Shown: in pieces, positions 25,506 through 35,459 of the stretch | How the letters are laid out: every line of letters starts with the position of its first letter | Numbering within the stretch: the stretch's first letter is position 1 | Virus record (IMG/VR): IMGVR_UViG_3300005537_000007 | Span: 1-52,660 of that record | Strand: one strand, 5' to 3' | Source: a virus | Lineage: Duplodnaviria > Caudoviricetes | Length of the DNA: 52,660 bases | Position numbers and translations under genes: made by a program | The notes under the pieces: generated by a model | Database searches by the model: none | Seen by the model: only the letters and a program-made list of their open reading frames with translations | Told to the model about the DNA's origin: nothing

Positions 25506-27836
25506 TCAGTCCCATTTGCCATGGCGCTCTGTTTCCTCGGCTCCCGGCGCTTTGATTGGCCAAGGTCGGCCCCAATCGTCCACGGCCCATGACTTACCCA
25601 CGTTAACAATCGACAAATACTCCGGAGTATTGCCGCGCCCGTTCTCGACCTCGCAAACGATCTCGTCATGAGTGTGCATTACGGGTAGGTACAAACCGCC
25701 CTCATCCAGCGTAGTTAACGCATCGGCTTGAAACTCGCGAGCCACCTTGGCCACCACGTTTTGTGTAAGCACACCGCCATACAAAAACATCTGATTCCAA
25801 CCTATCGGGCCTTTCTGTATGTTGCTATTCCACCCATGATAACTTAACTCCAACTCCCACGGCGCTGCGTACTCGCGTCGCGAGGGTCGTAGCTCAGGCT
25901 GATGATATATGAGTGGGTCGCCATCTCCCGGTGGCATGCAATATAACGCATCCCCGTGGCACGCGAAGCGGACGCCACGATAGCCATAACATCCTCCTCG
26001 ATCCAGTACTGCAGAAATGGCCGCTCCCTCCAGCCCGTATAATTCGGGGCGCTCGGCATCCGTGAACTTGCAGCGCGTTTGACCGCCCCAGAATTCGGTA
26101 ATAGCGGGTTGTTTCGCACGAACGGCGAGGATGATTTTTTTGATCGCGTCGTCACTTCCAAGAATTTCGTCGGCTCCGAATCGCTTCCAGCCAGCGATCC
26201 AGGCGCCAAAGTCCGCTGACAATACAGCCAACTTTCCCAACTGTCTATCTTCATGATGTTTGCCGTGTTGTTTTTTATATTCGATGTATAACTCGACTGT
26301 GTTACCAGTAATCTGCGCGGCCATCGCCTCGTATATTTTGCCGTGCGTGTGGAAAACATCCAGGCGCCATTTTTCCCCGGCGAGCGCTGAGGTTACTACG
26401 GCCTGAATGGCATTGTAGTCGCTAGCAATAAGCCTACAACCACCCCGAGCAACCACGAGAGAACGCAGGCAATCCGCGATGCATTCGAGCGCATCCCCAT
26501 ATACAGATTCAACAAACTCAAGACTACGGCTAGAAATAACTGCCAGCGCATGCTCCACCTTTTCCGGTTTGTCTAACTTACCCTTCCAAACATTGGCCAT
26601 CTGGACACCTTGGCCATTCCATAGCATGGTGTGGGCTGCAGCGTAGGCGTACTGCTGCCGGAGCCGACCATCCGCGCACACTTCGGCGCGCATCTTGTAA
26701 AGCTTTTTGACGCTGGCGAATCCGAGTTTTTGACGGATTTCCAACACTCGGCGCACCGCGTCCGGTAATCCGCGGTCATTGACCGATCCCGCTACGACAT
26801 CTTCATCCAGATTGGGCAACGACACCCCGTGGATGTCACGCATCCATTCGAGGATTTTAGACACTTCATTGGCCGTCTTGACGCGGTTGGCCGTGATGCC
26901 GCGCAACTCACCTTCGTACTTGGCAAACACCTGTTCCATGATGCATATGCAATCTTCCATGGCTTTGGTGTCTATCTGCATGCCGCGCTCGTTGACGCGG
27001 TCGGAGGCTTGCGCGATACGCAGCTCTCGCGGCGATAGGTCCGGTATGCGGTTGTTCAGCGCCATCTCGGACACAACGTCCTGAATGTTGTATCGGTAGA
27101 AATTCGCGAAATCATCGGCCGCAGTCTGTGGCGTCCAGCGTAGCGAGGGGTTAGCCTTCGTGGGGTTGCGCGGCACGGTGAGCTTGCGTATCAATGCATC
27201 ACCGGCCGGATCTTTCTGAAGGTGCGCTTCGGAGGGCAGGAAGATAACTTTGCCCGCATTCTTCAACGCGCGTGGATACCCCGACACCGCAGCCTTAGCT
27301 TGCGTGTCGCGGCACTGCTCGAGCTTTAACTCAGGCCAACCCCACGTGGGAACACAGTACCCGTTCCATACTTCGTACTCGAAACCTACGACGTTCCAAC
27401 CTCCGAGAAGGCCGCCATTAGCCACGTAATCCAATAACGCCCATGGATGAGCGTTGGGCATCGTATTGTAGCATCCCGTAATTACTTGCTCAGGCCATTT
27501 ACCTGTCGTCCAATGAGGTACCCAATGCTGCGGCCCGCGCCCATCCAACATATCGTACGCCAGCGACAGCACCTCAAACGATGGGTGCCGCACATAATTG
27601 CGCACGCCTACAACGGGCAACCCACGGTTGGTGTCGGCAATGCCGGGCAGGCTGGTGAGCCGGCGCGTGGGCTCAACCCATGCGGGTACTGGAAATTCCA
27701 GATTCTTACGCTTCACCCATTTGTGGTATCCAGGTACGTCTTCCCACGCGAAACCGGCTTCGCTGTAAGTTTCGAAATCGCACGAAGGTAACAGCGTGCT
27801 CCATCCGTGGAGCGCCGGCACGCGGGAATAGTTCAT
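25506..27836 (-). CDS. DNA polymerase, family A, with 3'-5' exonuclease domain
   Basis: ExoI DFET, motif A SDYNAIQ, motif B RQLGKLAVLSADFG, motif C HTHDEI. Confidence 0.9.
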   Translation of the reverse strand: MNYSRVPALHGWSTLLPSCDFETYSEAGFAWEDVPGYHKWVKRKNLEFPVPAWVEPTRRLTSLPGIADTNRGLPVVGVRNYVRHPSFEVLSLAYDMLDGRGPQHWVPHWTTGKWPEQVITGCYNTMPNAHPWALLDYVANGGLLGGWNVVGFEYEVWNGYCVPTWGWPELKLEQCRDTQAKAAVSGYPRALKNAGKVIFLPSEAHLQKDPAGDALIRKLTVPRNPTKANPSLRWTPQTAADDFANFYRYNIQDVVSEMALNNRIPDLSPRELRIAQASDRVNERGMQIDTKAMEDCICIMEQVFAKYEGELRGITANRVKTANEVSKILEWMRDIHGVSLPNLDEDVVAGSVNDRGLPDAVRRVLEIRQKLGFASVKKLYKMRAEVCADGRLRQQYAYAAAHTMLWNGQGVQMANVWKGKLDKPEKVEHALAVISSRSLEFVESVYGDALECIADCLRSLVVARGGCRLIASDYNAIQAVVTSALAGEKWRLDVFHTHGKIYEAMAAQITGNTVELYIEYKKQHGKHHEDRQLGKLAVLSADFGAWIAGWKRFGADEILGSDDAIKKIILAVRAKQPAITEFWGGQTRCKFTDAERPELYGLEGAAISAVLDRGGCYGYRGVRFACHGDALYCMPPGDGDPLIYHQPELRPSRREYAAPWELELSYHGWNSNIQKGPIGWNQMFLYGGVLTQNVVAKVAREFQADALTTLDEGGLYLPVMHTHDEIVCEVENGRGNTPEYLSIVNVGKSWAVDDWGRPWPIKAPGAEETERHGKWD

Positions 27837-27987
27837 AGCTTATTAGGGCGTGTTATTACACCGAAGGGACTGGCTGCGCATACACCAGGAATGCTTTCTC
27901 GTCTTTCGACGTATGGCTGCACCCACTCATTAAAGCTGGCTACTTCTAGGCCCACTACCCTAATCTTGCTACTCGATCGAGAGTAAT

Positions 27988-28152
27988 TCACGGGTGGGAG
28001 GAAGAAACCTTTGCGTCCCAACCATACGCCATTCCGGCCGTCTCCAACACGCGAAGATCATTCGCCGCATCGGATACGCCGTGCCAATCGCCGCTTGCAA
28101 CTTTCGTTTTTAAGTAGACGATCAAAGCGGCGTGTTGTTCTTTGTAGGTCAT
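27988..28152 (-). CDS. Small conserved phage protein (YLxxKV..GDWHGVSDAAxDLR)
   Basis: 54-aa ORF read manually, with AAGGAG RBS upstream. Confidence 0.55.
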   Translation of the reverse strand: MTYKEQHAALIVYLKTKVASGDWHGVSDAANDLRVLETAGMAYGWDAKVSSSHP

Positions 28153-28174
28153 TGCTCACATCTCCTTTAGTTCG

Positions 28175-28344
28175 TTGCCCATCTCCCGCGCACCACATAC
28201 CCACTGATGATAAGGGTTGCATTTAGCGGTGCGCGGGCGGGACTCTATTGCCCATCTCCCCGCGCGCTGTAGTCCCGTCGCAGCAACCTGCTTACGCTCT
28301 AGAGACGGCTAGCACCTGACCAACAACGCGCGGGGCGGGACTCT
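28175..28344 (-). ncRNA. Two tandem hairpins with conserved stems and unrelated loops (putative processing sites or small RNAs)
   Basis: Units 28175-28246 and 28248-28344 both read AGAGTCCCGCCC(C)GCGC-loop-GCGCGGG(G)AGATGGGCAA on the minus strand. Confidence 0.5.
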
Positions 28345-28345
28345 G

Positions 28346-29401
28346 TTACGCCATGAACCCTTGCTGCCGGAGCATATCATCCGTCCACCCCTGCGCACGG
28401 AATTGCTCATAGGTGGCGCCGGCCGCCTTGGGCGTCATCTGACGCGCCGCCACGGGTGGTGCTGGCGGCGGGACCGGGCTCAGGAACGACGGCGCAGGCG
28501 TCACGTACGTGGGCTGCTGGGCCGCGGTGGGCGGTGGGCTAGAAGGGAATGCAGCAGTCGTCGGCCCCGGCGCCGAGGCACCCAGGAACGCAGGGGAGCC
28601 CATCGAAGGGGCACCGCTGACCGGGGGCGGCGGGGGGCCACCGTACCCACCGGCAGCCGGCGGCATCCCAGGCGTAGGGAACGCGGGACTTGGCGCACCT
28701 CCTCCGGCGACCGGGAACGCTGCAGCAACTGGGAACGGGGTGCCTCCCATCGGCGTGGCGCTGGCGCCGGCCGGCAGTGCAGACTTGCCGAAACCAATCT
28801 GTGTCGGATCGGGGCCGCTACGGATCTCATCCCCGTACCCACGTAACGCCACATGGTCGCCATTGATGTAGATGCCCGCGTTACCTTGTGACTCGTTCGA
28901 GGTGTAAGAACCGTACACCTCAATGTAGTACCCGCGCTTGACCGCGCCGGGCTCGGTGAGCGCCTGACCGGAGGCGTTGTAAATCTTGGGCGGCAGCGTG
29001 GAGGAAAACCCCACAATCCAACAACCTTTGAAACCTTCAGTGTTGGCATTAACACGCCCGTTTTTGTTCGGGCGAGTATCGTCGCCATCCTCAATCTTCC
29101 ACGCGAACGACGGGTGCTGCGCTTCGCCCTTGGGCCAAGCAGCGTGGCCATATTGCCAGATTTTCTGGCCCCACGGCTCTCTCGTGGTCGGGTTCACCGC
29201 TTGCGACCAATGTTGTTCGCCGGGGTTTTTTGGGATCGCAACAGCGAAAAAGTACGAAATCTTGGGTTGCCCGGCCTTCGGGTGCCCAGCGGGGTAAACC
29301 TTCTTTTGTTTGGTGACGAAATCGGTATCGTTACCTTTGTAGAGATCGCCTTGGACCATCCTACCAACAGGAAACAACATACTCACACGTTCAGAGGCCA
29401 T
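28346..29401 (-). CDS. Single-stranded DNA-binding protein (DUF2815-like) with Pro-rich linker and C-terminal KAxGxTYEQF..GWTD module
   Basis: Motifs FAWKIxDGD, KRGYY and GIYIN, between exonuclease and polymerase genes. Confidence 0.7.
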   Translation of the reverse strand: MASERVSMLFPVGRMVQGDLYKGNDTDFVTKQKKVYPAGHPKAGQPKISYFFAVAIPKNPGEQHWSQAVNPTTREPWGQKIWQYGHAAWPKGEAQHPSFAWKIEDGDDTRPNKNGRVNANTEGFKGCWIVGFSSTLPPKIYNASGQALTEPGAVKRGYYIEVYGSYTSNESQGNAGIYINGDHVALRGYGDEIRSGPDPTQIGFGKSALPAGASATPMGGTPFPVAAAFPVAGGGAPSPAFPTPGMPPAAGGYGGPPPPPVSGAPSMGSPAFLGASAPGPTTAAFPSSPPPTAAQQPTYVTPAPSFLSPVPPPAPPVAARQMTPKAAGATYEQFRAQGWTDDMLRQQGFMA

Positions 29402-29418
29402 AGGTATAGTAACTCCAG

Positions 29419-30606
29419 TTATTTCGAAATGTGTCCAAAAATCTTGCGAAACTGTATCTCGTCGTCCGGGACGAGCTTTTTACCACCCTTCGGGCGCGAT
29501 GCATAGTGCGCCTCGATGGTTTCGCGGTCGATGCCTCCGCGTATCGCGTTCGTGGGGGTGATGAGCTGCAACGGCTTACGTAGTTGGAAACCGAGTAGGT
29601 CACCCATCGCGGCGATATCCTCCGCAGATAGCCCGTCATTCCATCGAAGCCGGCCTACAACAGGCTCCATCTTCCAGTACGGAATCTGCAACCCTGCGTT
29701 TACTGCCGCTTCCGCGTGGGCACGAAGACCGGCTTCACGGCCCTCCAACATCTTGATCGCCCATTTCACCAACCGTAGCTCTACTCCCACGGCTTGAGGG
29801 CTCATCTTCTCGGGCTGCGAGGTACCCACGAAACGCAACACGTTAGCGATATCCCGGCGGAACGTTGGACATTGCGTCTTGGCTTTACAATCCACGCAAT
29901 GCGGGCCGGCGATGGTGCGCGGCGAGTCGGATAGCGCCTCGTTGACTGCGGGCACGATGTGCTGGTTGGCGTACGTCCATAGATCTATGAGTGCTAGAGG
30001 TCGGCCGTTCAACTGCCGCCACTCACGCACCGGCCCCTCGTGATGAAATGCGCGCGGTTGCACGATGGTGAGACACACGCGTGTATTCCACGCAAGTTGT
30101 AGCCGTTGCTGCACCCCCAACGCGTACGCAATAAGTTGCGGGATCTCAAACACCTCCACGTAACGGTGGCCGTATTTGTAATCTACGTTTTTGAGCATCA
30201 GCGCGGGTACGCCCGTTTCATGGTCGATGTATTCGATTACACGCCAGTAATCGGGCGTACCCCAACATTCGGGGATCACTTCCCGCGCATCGACGGCATC
30301 CTCATATCGCGCCCCCGCGTGGAATTGCGCCTCTTCTGCGTACATCGAAGCGCCATCCAACATGTCGTCATCGATCTCCCAAGATCGACCCGCGTGCATG
30401 AACTTGTCGCCGTACTTCGGTTCCCACTGCTTGGAAGCTACGCCCATGGCCACCAGATGCGCGGCCTGTCCCTCCAGCTCTTCATCGTCCGGCGGCAGTG
30501 GTGGTGCCTGCTCCTGCATCATCACGGAGCCAGGGCACGCTATTGTTAGATGCAAGGCGCTCGGCGCAATTCTGGCGTGAGCGCTACCGGTGACGGGGGT
30601 ATTCAA
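29419..30606 (-). CDS. Cas4-like PD-(D/E)XK exonuclease (DUF2800 family)
   Basis: Motifs HAxxAPS, CPGS, GTPD, DYKYG, QLxxYALG, IVQPR and GxHCxxCxAxxxCP. Confidence 0.85.
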   Translation of the reverse strand: MNTPVTGSAHARIAPSALHLTIACPGSVMMQEQAPPLPPDDEELEGQAAHLVAMGVASKQWEPKYGDKFMHAGRSWEIDDDMLDGASMYAEEAQFHAGARYEDAVDAREVIPECWGTPDYWRVIEYIDHETGVPALMLKNVDYKYGHRYVEVFEIPQLIAYALGVQQRLQLAWNTRVCLTIVQPRAFHHEGPVREWRQLNGRPLALIDLWTYANQHIVPAVNEALSDSPRTIAGPHCVDCKAKTQCPTFRRDIANVLRFVGTSQPEKMSPQAVGVELRLVKWAIKMLEGREAGLRAHAEAAVNAGLQIPYWKMEPVVGRLRWNDGLSAEDIAAMGDLLGFQLRKPLQLITPTNAIRGGIDRETIEAHYASRPKGGKKLVPDDEIQFRKIFGHISK

Positions 30607-30747
30607 TGCACTCCTCCTAGATGTACATCACGTGGCGGCCATTCACATCGCGCAATGACCAACGCGTGCCGTGCACTCGCATCACGGATCGACCATCCGC
30701 GAATACGTACCATTCCGGTACTGTCGGTGTGATGCTGAGCGCATCCA

Positions 30748-31839
30748 TCACGCCACCCCTTCGACTGGCAGACCGGCAATCAGCGAATCGAAGTCGCGGT
30801 CGATTGTCGGAATGAGGTGCGTATACTCGGGGTTGCCCAACGCCATAAGATTCGGCGCGCCGTGCTTCTGCACCACGGGCGATACCAACCGCGGATCGAG
30901 CTGTTTGTCCCGCGTGGCAGCAGTCAACTTGTTCATCAGTTGACGATACTCGTCAGCTGCTACGGACACCCCAGGAGCAGCCCCAGCGGCGGCATCGACG
31001 ACGGCCGATCCAACCTGTGCGGGTCCGGGTACAACACCCGGCATTGCGTAGGCTGGTGGCGGTGGAGGCACCATTGTAGCGGCGGGGACTGGCGGGACAG
31101 GAGGCAGTGGCACGGAACCATTAAAGCCGAGGGGGCTTGGGGGAAGTTGCACCTGTGGCGGCGGTGGGTTCCACGTGACGATTGCCGGCTCGGCCGGCCG
31201 AGGCGTCACGCCCATAGCGGCAACTCCCGCAGATACCCCAGCGTGCGGGGCAACGCGGCGCGCGCTCAACTCTTGAATCACCTGTTGCGCGACGGTTGGA
31301 TCGAGCCCCTTGATGAGCTTCCACGTGCCGTCTTGCTTTTTCGAGTGCTTCTTATTGTGGATACGGCCATCCCACGGCAGACCAGAAGAATCGTACTCAA
31401 CTGGTCCAGCCGCCGCGATTGTCGTCACAGGCGAGGCATTGTTCGGGGCTGCCGTAGGCACCGGGGGCACAAACACCGGGGGAACGGATGATGTGGTAAT
31501 GGCAGTGCTTGTTACGGTGCTTGATTGCGGGGCATTTGCAACAGAGTTGACAGGCCCAGCAGGCGGCGCAACAGGCAATGGAGGTATGGGTTGCGCAGTA
31601 GGGGCAGAAATGGGGCTCGTATTGTACGGGGCGCTCGGAGCGGGCGGCGCCGGAGGAAAAGGTACTACGTTGCTGCGCGCGGCGCTGGGCGCTGGCTGCG
31701 TCACAGTTCCCGCGGGAGCTGCCGGGGCATCCCCCGAAACCTCGAGTTGCGGGATATCACCGGCCAGCATCAAGATTGCGGCGGCGGCGGCACGGTACTG
31801 CGCGGGGCCATCGTGGGCAGAGTCGATTTCAATTCGCAT
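30748..31839 (-). CDS. Pro/Ala-rich replication-module protein with DxxGLPWDxRIH...DGTWK domain
   Basis: First gene of the leftward replication operon. Conserved core within low-complexity linkers. Confidence 0.65.
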   Translation of the reverse strand: MRIEIDSAHDGPAQYRAAAAAILMLAGDIPQLEVSGDAPAAPAGTVTQPAPSAARSNVVPFPPAPPAPSAPYNTSPISAPTAQPIPPLPVAPPAGPVNSVANAPQSSTVTSTAITTSSVPPVFVPPVPTAAPNNASPVTTIAAAGPVEYDSSGLPWDGRIHNKKHSKKQDGTWKLIKGLDPTVAQQVIQELSARRVAPHAGVSAGVAAMGVTPRPAEPAIVTWNPPPPQVQLPPSPLGFNGSVPLPPVPPVPAATMVPPPPPAYAMPGVVPGPAQVGSAVVDAAAGAAPGVSVAADEYRQLMNKLTAATRDKQLDPRLVSPVVQKHGAPNLMALGNPEYTHLIPTIDRDFDSLIAGLPVEGVA

Positions 31840-31880
31840 GGGTTTCCTCGAATAAAATTTTTGGGTTGCAGGCGGAGCGC

Positions 31881-31909
31881 ATCGTATGCTTAACTGACGC
31901 CCTCGTCAA
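31881..31909 (-). promoter_or_regulatory. Leftward sigma70 promoter TTGACG-17-TACGAT overlapped by TGAC-N6-GTCA (31895-31908)
   Basis: Located in the divergent intergenic region between the two replication arms. Confidence 0.7.
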
Positions 31910-31920
31910 CTGGAGTGCAC

Positions 31921-32106
31921 ATGGCCGCAAAAATACACATCAGTTCGTTTATCCTCTGCACCGGCCGTAAATGGCAGCGGGGCTCAATGCGGTTCAGTAC
32001 GTATGCGGATAACATCACATGCCGAAATTGCCAGCGCTACATTATGCGTAGTTATATGTTAACTACTCGCGAGAAAAATCGCTTGCGTAAAAAATGGGGG
32101 ATGTAG
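31921..32106 (+). CDS. Small Zn-finger-like protein (H...C...TCxxC)
   Basis: GGAG RBS. Abuts the helicase start. Confidence 0.45.
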   Translation: MAAKIHISSFILCTGRKWQRGSMRFSTYADNITCRNCQRYIMRSYMLTTREKNRLRKKWGM

Positions 32107-33807
32107 TTGACTCTCCGCGACTTCCAAATCGAGATGCGCGACGCAATCTATCAGCGTTGGCAGGAACCGAACGTATTTAACGTAATGGGTGTGCTGCCCA
32201 CGGGGGGTGGGAAGACTGTCCTTTTCTCAAGCATCGTGCGAGACTTCGGGACGCCCGCATGCATCATCGCGCACCGCCTGGAACTGGTCGCGCAAGCCTC
32301 GCTCGCGTTGAACCGCGAAGGAATCCCGCATGACCTTATCGCCCCCAAAGATGTCAAACACGCCATCACGAAAGTACATCACGACAATCACGGTAGCAGT
32401 TTTTATCGTAGCGGTAGCCCTATTCGCGTTGCTGGTGTTGATACCCTGGCGAATCTTGATGGCCATGATCGTTGGATGTCACAAGTTGGTATCGTGGTGC
32501 CGGATGAAGGTCATCACATTTTACGTGCAAATAAATGGGGCAAACAAGTACTACGGTTCCCCAACGCGCGTGGATTTTTTCCTACGGCTCACGCTTTACG
32601 CGCTGACGGGCGTGGCTTGGGGCGCGGCGCTGACGGGCTGGCGGATAGCTTGGTTATGGGGCCAAGCCCTAGGCATCTCATTGAACGTGGTTATCTTACT
32701 GACTATCGTTTGTTTTGCCCATCTTCTGATGTTGATTTCAGTAACGTACCTATTGGTTCTTCAGGTGAGTACAGTGCCCCGCAGCTACGAGCCGCCACGC
32801 ATGCGTCCAATAGCATCGTCGGCGACATTGTCAAACAGTACCTCAAACACGCGGCGGGAAAGTTAGGTGTCACGTTTGCAGTTGACGTTGAGGCGGCCAA
32901 ACAACTTGCGCAAGCGTACCGGGCGGCGGGAGTGCCGGCGGAAGTCATTACGGCGGATACGCCAATCGCCGTGCGCTCCCAACTCATGCAACAATTCCGG
33001 TCCCGTGTTTTGCTTCAGCTCGTATCCGTGGACTGCCTTGGTGAGGGTACAGACGTGCCTGCAATCGAGGTTGTCAGTATGGGGCGTAAAACAGCATCTT
33101 TCCAGCTGTTCGCGCAACAATTTGGCCGAGCGCTCAGAGTTATGGTCTCGGATGAGCACGCATCTGCGTGGAATACTTACACGGATGCCCAACGCCGCGC
33201 AGCTATTGCTGCGTCAACGAAACCTAAAGCCATAGTGATAGATCATGTTGGAAACACAATTTTTCACGGATTGCCAGACGTCCCTAGATCGTATTCGCTT
33301 GAACGTGCGGAGACACGAACGCGCGCAAAGACGGGTGTTGAGGCTCTTAAAGCATGCCCCGAATGCACTCGGCCCTATGAACGTTTCCACGCTCATTGCC
33401 CTTACTGCGGCTACGAATGTCCACCGCGAAACCGAAGCTCTCCAGAACAAGTTGAAGGAGACATTATCGAACTGGACGCAGCAATCCTTGCAAGTCTCCG
33501 AGGAGATATCGCGGCAGTTGATGGCCCTTCAGATGCGCGCGGGACGGATCTCGTAGGTAACAGCATCCGCAAACAGCATAAGGACCGGCAACAGGCGCAG
33601 TTCACACTTCGCAAGGCAATGGAACTTTGGGGTGGTTGGCGCATCCACGTGGGAGAGACTATCCGTGATGCGAATCGTAGATTTTGGTACGCGTTTGGTG
33701 TAGATGTACTGACCGCCCAGACACTTGGGGTGCGTGATGCTGCGGAGCTTGAGGCGCGTATTCGCACTGAGTTACAGCAACATAACGTGGAGGCACAACT
33801 TGTATGA
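32107..33807 (+). CDS. Superfamily 2 (DEAD/DEAH-like) helicase with C-terminal Zn finger
   Basis: Q motif LRDFQ, Walker A PTGGGKT, DEGHH, EGTDVP, QQFGRALR, DHVGN and CPEC...CPYCG. Confidence 0.9.
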   Translation: MTLRDFQIEMRDAIYQRWQEPNVFNVMGVLPTGGGKTVLFSSIVRDFGTPACIIAHRLELVAQASLALNREGIPHDLIAPKDVKHAITKVHHDNHGSSFYRSGSPIRVAGVDTLANLDGHDRWMSQVGIVVPDEGHHILRANKWGKQVLRFPNARGFFPTAHALRADGRGLGRGADGLADSLVMGPSPRHLIERGYLTDYRLFCPSSDVDFSNVPIGSSGEYSAPQLRAATHASNSIVGDIVKQYLKHAAGKLGVTFAVDVEAAKQLAQAYRAAGVPAEVITADTPIAVRSQLMQQFRSRVLLQLVSVDCLGEGTDVPAIEVVSMGRKTASFQLFAQQFGRALRVMVSDEHASAWNTYTDAQRRAAIAASTKPKAIVIDHVGNTIFHGLPDVPRSYSLERAETRTRAKTGVEALKACPECTRPYERFHAHCPYCGYECPPRNRSSPEQVEGDIIELDAAILASLRGDIAAVDGPSDARGTDLVGNSIRKQHKDRQQAQFTLRKAMELWGGWRIHVGETIRDANRRFWYAFGVDVLTAQTLGVRDAAELEARIRTELQQHNVEAQLV

Positions 33808-33995
33808 AGACCTACACTGTTACGAAGCGATTCTCCGTGGACGTGGAGCGGACTATCAATGCCGAATCTATAGCTGAAGCGGAGGAAAAATCGAAAGAGC
33901 TTCCGCTTTCGCGGTTTTTAAAACCAGCTCCGGGGGCTCATATAGTAGATTGGGGCGGATTGAGCGGCACCAATATCGCTGAGGAACGGGAATGA
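33804..33995 (+). CDS. Hypothetical protein
   Basis: ATGA-coupled on both sides, with GGAGG RBS. Confidence 0.5.
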   Translation: MKTYTVTKRFSVDVERTINAESIAEAEEKSKELPLSRFLKPAPGAHIVDWGGLSGTNIAEERE

Positions 33996-34483
33996 ATCTC
34001 GTTGAATGGGCCGAGCGTTGGCGTATCTCGCCCGAGGCGATCAAAGAGTTATGTTTGACGTGTATCCACACGGGGCCGTGCGAGTCAGCCGATAGCGAAG
34101 GTGATGTGCAGGCGCGAATACGCCTCGCAGCAGCACGCACGGCCCGTTTAGCGTGGGGCGAGCAAACATACCTCTTCCGCAATAACCGTGGCGCCGGGCA
34201 ATTGAGGAACGGCTCCTTCGTACGGTGGGGGCTCGCGAACGATTCCAAGGCAGTTGGCGACCGCGTCAAGTCGGGCGATCTCGTCGGTTGGGAGCAGGTG
34301 CGCATCGGCCCTGAGCACGTGGGTTCAGTCATTGCGCGGTTTCTCTCCATCGAAGTAAAGCGGCGCAACTGGAAGTTTGCGGCCACGGCGGAAGAATGCG
34401 CGCAGATTCAGTGGGCCGCCATCGTGAACGCGCAAGGCGGCCGGGCCGTGATAACCAACACTGACGGGAGTATAGCGACATGA
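33992..34483 (+). CDS. VRR-NUC-like nuclease
   Basis: Motifs FRNNxG, GLxNDS, SxDLxG, ExKR and Q..W...V...GG. Confidence 0.75.
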   Translation: MNLVEWAERWRISPEAIKELCLTCIHTGPCESADSEGDVQARIRLAAARTARLAWGEQTYLFRNNRGAGQLRNGSFVRWGLANDSKAVGDRVKSGDLVGWEQVRIGPEHVGSVIARFLSIEVKRRNWKFAATAEECAQIQWAAIVNAQGGRAVITNTDGSIAT

Positions 34484-34668
34484 CCAAGGGCCAGAACTGC
34501 AACCCTCGGCCAGAGTTTCATGTCTGCGGGCATTGCGGCGACTTTGCACGCCTCCCGAAGCGGGTCCAATGTAAGTGTCGTCCTGAATACAAATACTTTT
34601 CGTATCCTCCGCAGCAGCGTCCCGAGACAGGCCACCCAATGCTGTGCGGGTGCAAGGAGTGTATGTGA
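34480..34668 (+). CDS. Cys-rich hypothetical protein
   Basis: Coupled by start/stop overlaps on both sides. Contains CxxC, CxC and CxCxxC. Confidence 0.45.
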   Translation: MTKGQNCNPRPEFHVCGHCGDFARLPKRVQCKCRPEYKYFSYPPQQRPETGHPMLCGCKECM

Positions 34669-35459
34669 AAGACCATCCGTCCAAGGAGACGGTGACGATA
34701 GGGGATTCGACGCTGTATCTCGGTGACTGTCGCGAGATTATCCCGACGCTGTCAACCGTCGATCTCGTTGTGACGAGCCCACCCTATAACCTTGGTGCGG
34801 CCCCTTGGGCCAGACTCGGGCATTGGAAGCCGGGCGGCAAGTCAGGCGGTCGAGATAAGTGGAAGGTTGGCGCGAGCGGCCAAGCCGGTGTCAAATACGG
34901 CGTCCACATCGATGCATTGCCGTGGCCCGAGTACGTGGAGTGGCAGCGCGCCATTGTCTCGTTGCTCTGGAGCCGACTGTCCGATACCGGAGCGATTTTT
35001 TACAACCACAAACCGCGCGTGATCGGTAGCCGGGTATGGACGCCCTTTGAGCTAATCCCACCCGAAGTCTCGCTGAGGCAAATCGTTACCTGGGCGCGAC
35101 CGGGGGGCGTGAATTTCAACAAAACGGCATTTGTCTCAACGTCGGAATGGGTCATGTTGCTAGCGAGGGAGGCATTTCGCCTCAAGTCGCGTGGCGCATC
35201 CGGCCTTGGGGATGTCTGGCAGATGACGCCCGAGCGAAATGAGCATCCGGCGCCGTTTCCCGTAGAGTTGCCCAGGCGCGCGCTGGAGGCTACGGATGCG
35301 CCGGCCTGTCTTGATCCATTCATGGGAAGCGGGACAACCGGCGTCGCGTGTGCGCGTCTTAGGCGCCGATTTATCGGTATTGAGATTGATCCTCGCTATT
35401 TCGAAATGGCTTGCCGGCGAATCGAGGCTGAGCACGTGCAAGGGAGACTTTTGGCATGA
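34665..35459 (+). CDS. DNA amino-methyltransferase (beta class, SPPY type, probably N4-cytosine)
   Basis: Motifs GDCRE, VTSPPY, HPAPFP, LDPFMGSGTTG and FIGIE. GTG start after AAGGAG. Confidence 0.88.
   Translation: MKDHPSKETVTIGDSTLYLGDCREIIPTLSTVDLVVTSPPYNLGAAPWARLGHWKPGGKSGGRDKWKVGASGQAGVKYGVHIDALPWPEYVEWQRAIVSLLWSRLSDTGAIFYNHKPRVIGSRVWTPFELIPPEVSLRQIVTWARPGGVNFNKTAFVSTSEWVMLLAREAFRLKSRGASGLGDVWQMTPERNEHPAPFPVELPRRALEATDAPACLDPFMGSGTTGVACARLRRRFIGIEIDPRYFEMACRRIEAEHVQGRLLA

Noticed and set aside
28175-28344. Mini CRISPR array
   Set aside because: Only two units, with conserved parts forming the two arms of one hairpin and inserts of unequal length. This is not repeat-spacer architecture, and there is no cas operon.
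29419-30606. CRISPR-associated cas4
   Set aside because: It is a stand-alone DUF2800-type exonuclease in the usual exonuclease-SSB-polymerase replication module.
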